From Chiloscyllium plagiosum (taxonomy: Eukaryota), in assembly GCF_004010195.1 (NCBI RefSeq), contig NC_057755.1, positions 1,477,306-1,541,305 on the forward strand: a DNA stretch of 64,000 nt, in the 5' to 3' direction. Shown here one piece after another: positions 52,980-64,000 of this stretch. A model generated the notes under the pieces. That model was not told the DNA's origin. It made no database searches and saw only the letters and a program-made list of their open reading frames with translations. Numbering within the stretch: the first letter of the stretch is position 1; each line of letters starts with the position of its first letter. Position numbers and translations under genes: made by a program.

Positions 52980-55900
52980 ACGGGAAAAGATTGCACTTCT
53001 AAGAGTTGCTCCTTTTTTGAGGTATTTTAGGTGGCAGAGCTGATATCCATGAACTCCTGGAAGAGTAATTATTGTTTTACAAGCTGTTGTATTGTTTTGG
53101 AAATTTGGGGAAAAGAAAGATCAAAGCAATCACAATTTAAAACAAAAAGCAAAAGAAACAAAGTTAGAAACTACATGGTCAGCGAAAAAGAGAGAGAGAA
53201 ACCTACACTGCTGTCTGACATAGCAGTGAATCTAGAGTGAGGTGCTGGAAAAACGCAGCAGGTCAGGCAGCATCCGAGAAGCAGGAAAATCGACATTTGC
53301 GCAAAAACCCTTCATCAGGAATGTACGAAACGTAGATTTTCCTGCTTCTCAGATGCTGCCTGACCTGCTGTGCTTTCTGAACACCTCACTGTCGTCTCTC
53401 ACTCTCCATCATCTGACGTCCTCACTTTCGCCACAGCAGTGAATCTGAGGAGCTACTGCCTTTGTGTTAGAGTTCATGTATTTCTGGGTATCGGAGTGTT
53501 TCGAAGAAAAGCTAGCAAACTGCAAAAATCACAGATGACCTTGGAGGATCCTGTGTGGGAGAGTTCACAGCACAGGAACAGAGATGTCCATGGTTTTTAA
53601 ATGTAATCTTGCTGACATTTTTTGTGTAAATGTACAATACTGAGTAGAGTGAGTTATTTTTGGTTGTATGTTTTACTGAGATCTGTCTCTTGATGAAAAC
53701 GTAAAAACACAAAGCATAGACAATAAGTTAGCCTGGAGCAGTGTCTTTTAGAGCAGTAACACTGAGATATTTTCCGACGTCTGTAGATTGCCCATGTGCA
53801 AAGGTGGTCTTTAGTAGAGTAATGCAATCTTAATGTCGGATGCTACTGCTACTGATGATTAGGCTCCACAGTAAGTGTGTTTGTTTGTGAAACCCGTAAA
53901 TGAGGAATTTATAGGGGTTTGGGGGGGGGGGGGTGGGGCAGTTGGGTGTCGGATAACAGCAACAGGAAGAGACAACAACTGCAGATTCAATCAGGAATGG
54001 CAGGAGAGGGAGGCGAGTAGTGCAGGAGTCTCATGTGGCTATCCCCGTATTAAACAAGCGTGTTGTTTGGAAAATGTCGGGAGTGATAGACTGTTATGGA
54101 AATGTCGCACGAACAACACGTTTCTGGTACCAAGATTGGCTCTAATGTTAACGAAAGATATGCCCAGGTACCAAACGATAGTGGTGATAGTCAAAGGCCC
54201 AGATTGACGTTTCTGTGGCCAAGAGCGAGAAATCAGAATGTAGTGTTGCCTCACTGCTGCCAGGATCAAGGATTTCTCGGAGATGGTGTAGAATATTCTC
54301 AAAAGGTAATGGGAACAGCAGGAGGGCATTGTGTACTTTGGAGCTAACTACATAGGAAGGAATAAAGATGAAATTACGATGGGACAATAGAGGACGTTAA
54401 GCAGGAATTTACAAGGAGGTTCTTGAGGGTAGCAATATCTGGAATACTCTCGGTGCCACAAGCTAGTGAGTTTAGGAACAGGAGGATGGAGCAGATGATT
54501 GCGTGACTGTGATGATAGTGCCTGGGAGAAGCGTTCTCATTTTGGTATCATTGGAATCTCTTCTACGGTAAAAAAAAAGGACCTGTATAAGGAGGACGGA
54601 TTGAATCTGAATTGGAAGCGGAATATATATTGGCAGGGAGATTTACTAGAGTCGCTCAGGAGGATTCAAACTTATAATGTCGGTGAGAGTGGTGAATGAG
54701 GGGAGCATGTCTGACGCACGGAAATAGTGAGAAAAAGATTAGTCAGAGACTGGTAAATTGAGGAAAGGAAGGAGGTCAAACAGTCAGGGCAGGCAGGATC
54801 AAAGCAGAGAACGAGGACTGATCAATTAAACAGAATTTATTTCAGTACAAGATTTCAAACAGTGAAGGCAAATGAACTCAGGAAATGGTTACGAAAATAG
54901 TATTTGGATGTCACAGAAATTGTTGGGAAGTGGATCATGGGTGGACAGGACTGGCAGCTTAATGTTTCAGAATACAAAGGCCAAGGGAAAGAAAGAAAGG
55001 GGGCAAGAGAATAGGAGAAGTCGCACATTGGATATGGGATGACATTACAGGTGTACTTAGGCAGGATATTCCTCGAAATACGTCCAGGGAAGTTATTTGG
55101 GTCGAACAGAGAAATAACGAAGTGATGATCACCTTATTGTTATGTATTATAGAGAGCCACCAGCTCCTCTCCCGTCCCAGTAGTCAGCGGGAATTTGAGC
55201 ATAAACTTTATAAGAAAATCTCAGTTCTATGTTAGAACAATAGGGTGGGAATGGGAGGGAACTTTAACTTTCCAAACATAGACTGAGACTCACGAAGTGT
55301 TAAGGATTTAGATGGAGAGGAATTTGTTAAATGTATCGAAGAACATTTTCTAATTTAGTCTGTGGATTCACTAACTAGAAAAGGCGCAAACCTTGACCTA
55401 CTCTGAAGAAATAAGGCAGGGCAAGTGACTGACGTGTGACTGGGGACCATAATTCGATTAGTTTTTATACACTGATGAAAATGGATAGACTGTATCTAAT
55501 GTTGAAGTTCGAAATTACAGGAAAGCCAAATTTGACGGTACCTGACAAGAACTTCCAACGTTGACTGGGCGCAGATGATCAAAGGTAAAGGGGCAGGTGA
55601 AAAGGGGAACGCTTGAAAAATGGATCAACGAGAATCCAGTGACAGTATGTTCCCCTTTGGATGAAAGGCAAGGATGGTAGGTGTAGGGAAAGCTGTATGA
55701 CGAGATAAATTTAGGTTTTGCGAAGAAAATAAAGAGGCATATGTCACGTATAGACAGCAGAGATCGAGTGAATACTTAGAACAGCATGAAGGCAATGGCT
55801 GTATACTTAATAGGGAAACTAGGAAATCACAAAAGGGACATGAGATAGCTTTGGCAAATAGGGTTCAGGAGAATCCATAGAGATTTCATAAATACATTAA

Positions 55901-57635
55901 AGTCAAAAACCTAACTGAGGAGAAAATAGGACCACTCAAAGATAAGCAAGTCAGCCTATGTGAGGAACTGCAGGAGATGGGGGAAATACTAACTGAATAT
56001 TTTTGCATATCATTTACTGTGGAGGAAGGCATGGAAGATACAGAATGGGAGGAAATGGATTGTGTCATCTTGAAAAAAGTCCATATTACAGAGGAGGCGA
56101 TGCTGGATCTCTTAAAAAAGTATAAAGGTGGATAAATCCCCAGGACATGATCCGATACTGTCTGGAACTCTTTGGCAAGCGGGGAAGGGGATTGATTGGC
56201 CTCTTGCTGAGATATTTGTATCATAACTGGTCGCAGGTGTGATGCCGGAAGACTGAGGTTTGGCTCAGGTGATGCCACTATCTAAGAAAGGTGGTAAGGA
56301 AAAGCCAGAAAACTGTGGACTGGTCAGCCTGAAGTTGGTGTTGGGCAACTTGTTGGAGGGAATACTCAGGGACAATATTTACCTGCATTCGAATTGGCAA
56401 GGACTGTTTAAGGAGTCAGCATGGCCTTGTACGGAGGTAATCATGTCTCATGAACTTGATTGTGTTTATGAAGAAATTACGAAGAGGATTGATGAGGGCA
56501 GAGCGGTGGATTTGATATGCATGGACTTCATGGGGCAGAAGTTTGTAAGGTTAGAACACATTGAACTAAGGCAGAACCAGCCTTTGGGACAGATGTGGTT
56601 CTAAGTAGAAGACAGAGGGTGGTGGTGGAGTGTTGCTTTTCAAATTGGAGGCCTGTGACCAGTGGTGTGCAATAAGGATCAGTGCTGGAACCATGACTTT
56701 TCCTCATTCATGAATGTGAACATGGGAGACACAGTTAGTGAGTTTGGAGATGACACAAAAATTGGAGGTGTAGTGACAGCGAAGAATGATACCTCAGTGC
56801 ACAATGGAATTTTGAACAGATGGGCCAATTGGCCGAGGAGTGGCAGACAGAGTTTAATTTAGACTGCAATTTGAAATGGCAAATCAGAGCAGGACATATA
56901 CAGTTAATACTAAGTCCCGAGGGAGTGTTGATGAACAAAAAGACCGAGGCATGCAGGTTCATATTTCCTTGAAAATGATGTCTCAGGTAGATAGGGTGGT
57001 GAAGCAGACGTTTGGTATACATTTTTTTATTGTTTAGATAACTGAACATTGGAATTGAGAGATCATGTTGTGGCTGTACAAAACATTAGTTCGGCCACTT
57101 TTGGAACATTTTGTGCAATTCTCGTTTCCCTCCAAAAGGAAGGATGTATTGAAACTTGAACGGGTTCATAAAATATTTACAAGGAAGTTGCTAGGATTGG
57201 AGTACTTCAGATGGAGAGGCTGAATAGGCTGGGTGCTGTTCTTTGTGGAGCGTTTGACGCTGAGATGTGATCTTACGGAGGTTTATAAAATCATAAGGAG
57301 CATGGAAAGGGTAAATAGACAAGTTATTTCCTGGGTTGGGGGAGTCCAAAACTAGAGCAGATATATTGAGGGTGAAAAGGGAAAATTTAAAAGAGACTTA
57401 AGGGGCAAAACCTTCATGCAAAGAGTGACGAGTGTGTGGAATGAACTGCCAGAGGAAGAGATGGGAGCTGGAGCAATGATAATATTTAAAAGGTATCTGG
57501 ACAGGTAAATTAATAGAAAGGGTTTAGAGGGATACGGAGGCAAATGTGATTAGATTAATTTTGGATATCTGGACAGCATGGACAATTTGGGCTAAATGTT
57601 TTTTTTCTGTGTTGTAAATCTTTATGACTCCAACT
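52980..57635 (+). mobile_element. Near full-length but heavily mutated CR1 LINE (5' UTR, ORF1, ORF2, tail)
   Basis: ORF1 KDGLNLNW-like esterase end; endonuclease region; MPLSKKGGKEKPEN, FGDDTKIGGVV; tail ctttatgactc. Confidence 0.9.
53234..53434. mobile_element. Penelope-like-derived inverted-repeat insertion in the CR1 5' UTR
   Basis: TSD AGCAGTGAATCT (53222-53233, 53435-53446); inverted arms; degenerate hammerhead core on the minus strand (CTGATGA present, GAAA mutated). Confidence 0.75.
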
Positions 57636-58304
57636 ATGCCCAGTAGTGAACAGCTATCTAACAAATGTTCCATCGTCGGTGATATGAACATTTTCAATCT
57701 CAATTCCCCTTTAGAAATGATTCTCTGCCTTTTGTTTGCAATTATATGGTTTTGTGTGGGGAGACACGTGCGATGATGTTTTGAGCTCAGTGATCCATGT
57801 TCAGATGAAGATGTTCTGAAGAACGGTGATTTCATTAACGCTGTTTCTCTCCCCACAGATGCTGCCATATCTGTTGTGTTTTGCCAATTATATATGATTC
57901 TGTTTCATGGTTTCAGCATTCAAATCCATTAAAATTATTTCATTAGAATGATTCACTTCCCAACCTACCTCCCAGAAAGAATTCTTCGAATAAATCCAGA
58001 CTGTCCAGGAGAGAGCCTTCGGCCCTTCCGTGTGTACTGTCAAAACTACACAGAATCTACACTCATCGCAGCTTTCAAATATGCTCACAGTATCAAATAT
58101 TGTGATGTTTCAAGTGTTGATGAAGGTAGTTTTTAAAGTTTGTGAGGTTTCCTGTTTCCACGACCTTCCCAAGCGCTGAATTGCCAGACCCCCACTACTC
58201 TCTGGGTGAAAGTCTTTTCCTCAGATCCTCTCTAATCAAATTGTTTTTCACCTTAAAAATAATTACCCGTCCGTCATCTGTTGATTGCCTGCCCACACTT
58301 AGTC

Positions 58305-58804
58305 NNNNNNNNNNNNNNNNNNNNNNNNNNNNNNNNNNNNNNNNNNNNNNNNNNNNNNNNNNNNNNNNNNNNNNNNNNNNNNNNNNNNNNNNNNNNNNNN
58401 NNNNNNNNNNNNNNNNNNNNNNNNNNNNNNNNNNNNNNNNNNNNNNNNNNNNNNNNNNNNNNNNNNNNNNNNNNNNNNNNNNNNNNNNNNNNNNNNNNNN
58501 NNNNNNNNNNNNNNNNNNNNNNNNNNNNNNNNNNNNNNNNNNNNNNNNNNNNNNNNNNNNNNNNNNNNNNNNNNNNNNNNNNNNNNNNNNNNNNNNNNNN
58601 NNNNNNNNNNNNNNNNNNNNNNNNNNNNNNNNNNNNNNNNNNNNNNNNNNNNNNNNNNNNNNNNNNNNNNNNNNNNNNNNNNNNNNNNNNNNNNNNNNNN
58701 NNNNNNNNNNNNNNNNNNNNNNNNNNNNNNNNNNNNNNNNNNNNNNNNNNNNNNNNNNNNNNNNNNNNNNNNNNNNNNNNNNNNNNNNNNNNNNNNNNNN
58801 NNNN
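58305..58804. other. Assembly gap (500 N)
   Basis: Run of N; the round length suggests a placeholder. Confidence 1.
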
Positions 58805-59190
58805 CAGTGGAAACAACCTCTGTTTCCATATTGTCTACTAACTTCATAATTTTATATGTTTCTGTATAATTCCGCTCATTCTTCTAAATTCCAATGAGTA
58901 TAGTCCCAGTCTACTCAATCCCTCGTCATAATCCAACCCTCTGAATTCTGGATTCAACGCAGTGAACATCCTCTGCACCTATTCCAGTGCTTGAACATCT
59001 TTTCTCAAGTAAGGAGACCAAAACTTCAAGTAGGACTCAACATGTATCCACACCAGCAGTCTGTACATCTGCAGCATAACCTCTCTATTTTTAAACTCCA
59101 ACTCTATATGAATGAAGGGCAATATTCCATTTGTCGTACTAATTACCTGTTGCACCTGCAAACCAGCTTTGTGAGATTTATGTTGGACAC
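58805..59190 (-). mobile_element. CR1 RT C-terminal fragment (further 3' fragments at ~58000-58300)
   Basis: LEFKNREVMLQMYRLLV..KFWSPYLRKDVQALE. Confidence 0.8.
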
Positions 59191-59484
59191 GCAGGTTCTT
59201 CTGCATAGCATTTGTGAATTTGCCTGAAATGGGAACAGTCAATGGGCTATGCTACTATACTCTGGCGAACTCTTTTTTAACTGCTGCTGTTACTGATGAG
59301 GCATTAATTCATTGCACCCTCTGTTCAATTGGGCACAACAGATCCAACCCGCTTAAGAGTTCCCTGGTATCTGCAGGACATTTGTCTTACATTCCGCTCT
59401 GGTGAGAAATTGGCATTAAAACCCATAGTAAAAAAAGTTTAAGAGTCCAAAGATTGGAAGGGCAGCATTGACTCTACACTTTCC

Positions 59485-59737
59485 ACTGCGACCTCATAGC
59501 ACCAGAGACTCAGGCTCAAACCCAGCTCATGTGACTGTCTGCATGGAGTTTGCATCTTCTTCACGTCTGTGGGTGTGTCCACTAGAGCCTCCAGTTTCCT
59601 CCCTCAGTCCAAAGATATGCAGGTTCACTGGATTCGCCACGGTAAATGCAGGGATGTGGGGATAGTCTGAAAGGCTCTTCGGAGAGTCAATGCAGACACA
59701 ATGGGTCTCTTACTGCACTGTATGGATTATACTCCAT
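59485..59737 (+). mobile_element. Degenerate V-SINE
   Basis: cctcatagcaccagagactcaggctcaaaccc and gtgactgtctgcatggagtttgca V-domain. Confidence 0.7.
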
Positions 59738-60879
59738 AAAACCAGTCTTCTTTTCCATTCACTTCCAAGCTGTGGGGTTCGCTGGTAAAGTCACTGACCT
59801 AAATTTCCCCGAGCGGTTACTTTTGGGCAGGCCTCATGTATCTTTAATTTCACTGTTATTATCTGTTCCCATTCTGTGACTTGGGAAGTCTGATAAATAA
59901 GGTGAAACTTTGTCATTACTTTACAAGAGTGAGGAGAGAATGGTCAAACCACATGGGATCGGATGTAAAATAAAGCAGGATATAACATCATGTATTGTAG
60001 ATCCATTAGATTCTGAAAAACAACACCAACAGAACAGAGTTATGTCATAAGGAACCTGACCCAAAATATCAAATTATCTTCCTTCTGCATAACTGCTGAT
60101 AACCTTGCTCTATTAAGACTCGACTCCATGCATTATACCCTCGGTAGTTTAGACATGGACGCTATATGTCTACTATATGTCCATTTACTGCACTTCAGTT
60201 CAGACTGAATCAACTACTTCCACAAGTTATTTTTTTCAGCATGCAGGAGAACTTACCAGGTCAATTCTTTATTTGAAGTGCTCCAGATAGTGTGCACCAT
60301 TTCAACATTTCACCTCATTGTCATTTTCAACTGGACAACTGAACACTCATAACAATATGACAGTCTGCATTTAAGACACTGAACCAGATATTCTTAAGGA
60401 TTGCTACTCCACTCATATTTTTCCCCCAAAATGTTAGTACTGAGCTCTACTCTTCTTGTGGAAAATTCTGATTCCAGCCCCATCAGAAATGCAGAGTGTA
60501 GTTGAAATGAATAGTTTCCCTTAGTTCAGGGGTACTGGGCGAAGTCAAGCCAGGCCCTTTCTTCCAAGAATATGCGGAGTCCGCAATTTAAACACAGCCA
60601 GACGCCAGCTACTCAGAAAGAGTAAGTATATGAGATAAGTGAGGGGTACCATAAAAGTGGTGGACTGCTTACTTGGCAAGGGTTGAGTGGTATTAGGGCT
60701 GTGGCGCTGGTGGCTGGAGATTTTGGAGCCTATTGGAGAGTTTCAGAAAACGTCAGTGTTGACAGAGAGGTGCAACATTGAGGACAACACACCTCAGGGC
60801 AGGCAATGGCTAAAGTGACTATTTAAATGGTATGGAGTTGAGGTCTTCATTTTCGAACGTTTCCTTTTTTATTAAATCA

Positions 60880-62210
60880 AATTTATTCACGTTGTGGAAT
60901 GTGAATGTTACTGGCTGGGCCAACATTTATTACCAATCCCTAGTTGCTCTTGAGGTGTTGGTGAGCTGCCTTCTTGAATTGCTTGAGGGAGGGAATTCTA
61001 GGATTTTGACAGTGACAGTAAGTGAACAGGGATATGTTTCCAAGTCAGGATGATGAGGGGCTTGGAGGGGAACTTGAAGGTGGTAATAATAAAGCATTCT
61101 GCATTGTCATAGATGGTGTTAGAGCTGCACCCATCCAGACAAGTGGAGTATTCATCACACTCCTGACTTGTGCATGATAGATGGTAGACAGGCTCTAGGG
61201 AGTCAGGAGGGGAGTTATTCAGCACAGTATCCCTAGCCTCTGACCTGCTTCTTTAGTCACTGTGATGACGTGGGGTATTCAGTGATAGTAACAACAATAG
61301 ATGTCAAGAGGTGGTGGTTAGATTGTCTCTGATTAGTGATGGTCATAGCCTGGCGTTTGTGTGAAATGTTACTGACCACTTGTCAGCCCAAACCTGGATT
61401 TGTCCAGATCTTGTTGAAATTGGACACTGACTGCTTCCATCTCTGAGGAGTCATGAGTGGTGCTGAACATAGTGCAGTCATCAGCGACCATCCTCACGTC
61501 TGACCTAATGTCAGACGAAAGGTGATTGGACTGAGGACACTTCACCGAAGAACTCCTGCACAGATTTCCTGGAGCTGAGGTGACTGACCAACAACCACTA
61601 CCATCTTCCTATGTGTCAGATATGACTCTAACCACAGAAAGTTCTCCCCCTCTACCCGTTGATTACAGTTTTACCAAACCTTTATAATGCCAGACTGGGT
61701 CAAACGTAGCCTTGATGGGGTTATTTGAGGAGCCTCCTCTTCCAGTGCAGTTGTTTAATGGTTCACCACCATTCACGACTAGATGTGGCAGGACTGCAGA
61801 CCTTCGATCTGATCCACCAGTTGTGGGATCGCTTTGGTCTGTCTACATCTTGTTGCTTATATTGTGTGACATACACCTAGTCCTGATTGGTGGCTTCACC
61901 AGGTTGATACCTCATTTTCAGGTATGCCTGGTGCTTTTCAGACATGCCCTCGTACACTCTCCGTTGAACCAGTCTAGATCCCCTGGCTTGATGGTAATAT
62001 GTTGAGTGGGGTTTATGCTGGCCCATGAGGTTACAGATTGTGCTCGAGGACAATTCTGCTACTGTTGATTGCATTCACGGAGATGCTGGGTTGAGTTGCT
62101 AGACCTATTTGAAGTCTAGCATATTCAATACGGTGATAGTGCCACACAACATGATAGATGTTATTCTCAATTTGAGGGTAGGGCTTCATCTCCACAAGAA
62201 CTGTGTGGTG
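60880..62210 (-). mobile_element. Old CR1/L2-group LINE fragments (related plus-strand piece at ~63600-63990)
   Basis: Minus pieces such as YSTCLDGCSS; matching segments between 61880-62070 (minus) and 63740-63900 (plus). Confidence 0.55.
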
Positions 62211-64000
62211 CTTGAGTCTTGTGACCCTGTGGCTAGACCACTGACCTCACAATGGGAGACCACCCTAACGCAGCTCGAGCTGGAGACTCAGCAACAGCCA
62301 ATAGGGGTTCTCCCTGGATTACAGCTGCTTAAAGAGGCGTGAGGTAATATAAATTGAAATGCTCACATGTACAAAGTCAGGTTGGTTCTCAGTGACTCCA
62401 ATTGTCTTTTCCCATTTGAACTGAACTGATTGCCCCATAATCTGAAATATTAAAATTAAATGAGAAAGTTATTGTCAACAACAGGGAAACTGGAGTTTAC
62501 ATTTCAATAAAACTCATAGGTAAGTATAAACTTTAATGAATCTTGTTCATATTTTATTTATCGTATGGCAAATTAACATACTCACATAACCTCCTGTAGA
62601 CTTCTTGCATGTGTGCAGGAGACGTTGGAAAAAGGGAACTGATTGAACAAGTTTTCTGACAGATCCAAATATATCAATGACTGGTTTTTTACTGAGAGCA
62701 GATGCAAGACCCTTGGCACAAGAATCTGAGACACCTTTATGGCGCAGTCTGGGGATAAGTCAGAGTAAAATGAGGAATGAGGGTAAATCCACAATGTTCT
62801 TGATGACAGTGTGAAGTCCTCAAGATTTGACTGATAAAAAAAGTTGGATTGACCTTGTATAATTCATGTCTGACTACCATACTACCATCTGCTTTCATCA
62901 CAACAGGAACAAACAGCAAATGAAAGGGTTTAGTGACAAAGGGATAGGGAAACCAGAAGGATTTGCACACCTGCACAAACTGCAGGAGTGTTCAAATGAC
63001 AAAAAGGATAATAGTACACAACAGAATCTCTGCATCCTCACTTTCTTGCTCTGAGTTACGACGAAGGATAATGGGACAAGCCATTGGAACAGGAATGAGG
63101 TTCCTGCTAGTGTTAAATATAAGGACCATGATATAACTGGAAGGTGGTAACAGGATAGGAATGAGGAAGTGTGGTCACATGGATAGTGTAGTCATGAATA
63201 TGGTCAGAGCTGCACAATTAACAGCCAGCAGACAGGGAAGAGCTATCCATTCAGTGTGGACAGAGGACGTCTTGTATCATTGCTTCAGGCAATGCTTGTA
63301 TCATTTTAAAAAGTCAGTTAAGAATAAAGAACAATGCAGCACAGGAATAGGCCCTTCCATCTCCAAGCCGGTGTCGACACACTTTACTTTTCCAAACTAA
63401 ATAAATTTTTTCCAACCTTTCTTCATTGCTAAAATCCCAGATACCAGGCAACATCCTGGCAAATTTTTTCTGTACCCCGTCCATAACATCCACATCCTTC
63501 TGCTAGCATGGTGATCAGAACTGTACACAATATTCCATGGCAGCTGTCATCCATTTTCAATCTGCCTGTGCACTTTAAAACCGTGTCTCAGGGCGCACTG
63601 GAGTCCACCACAATGCTGCTACAAGATCACTTTGTACTCAGTGACAGGCACTATCACCATGCTAAATGGGACAGACTTCGAACAGCTATTGCATCTCAGG
63701 ACTGGGCATCCACGAGACATTGTGGGTCATCAACAGCAGCAGAGGTGTAATCCAACACAGTATGCAACTCATGGCCTGGCATATGCCCCACTCAACCATT
63801 ACCATCAAGGCAGGGGATCACCCCAGTTCAATAGAGACTGCAGGAGGGTATGCTAGGAGAAGAACAGGCATACCTAAAAATGTGGTGTCAATCTGGAAAC
63901 ATACCAAACAAGACTACTTGAGTGCCAAACAGCATACGCTAAGCAATTCCACAAGCAACTGATCAGATCCAAGCTCTGCAGTTGCGAATGAATTTTTACA

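Noticed and set aside
58142..58849. Long ORFs containing X runs
   Set aside because: Artefacts of the 500-N gap.

Overview
Eukaryotic, repeat-dominated DNA, almost certainly from a cartilaginous fish (shark): it carries tRNA-derived V-SINEs of the HE1 type and their CR1/HER1-type LINE partners, plus a 500-N scaffold gap. I find no intact host protein-coding gene. Main contents: (1) a decayed class I (gamma/epsilon-like) endogenous retrovirus at ~23500-31331 (LTR, tRNA-His PBS, gag-like regions, RNase H remnant, env with ISD/CX6C, PPT, LTR). Its 5' region is unusually long and seems to hold two gag-like regions plus a candidate accessory ORF; a related truncated provirus lies at 15614-18936. 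(2) A minus-strand Gmr1-type Ty3/Gypsy element (SCAN-like gag, PR-IN-RT-RH order) at ~41790-47497. (3) Several Penelope-like insertions with target-site duplications, palindromic structure and minimal hammerhead-ribozyme motifs, including a 217-bp-arm perfect palindrome. (4) Many CR1, Tx1, Rex1/Babar, SINE and DNA-transposon fragments. (5) An old three-copy segmental duplication, one copy inverted. (6) A possible decayed micro-exon membrane-protein gene at ~10550-11460 (minus). All family assignments come from reading motifs by eye, without database searches, and boundaries of decayed elements are approximate.
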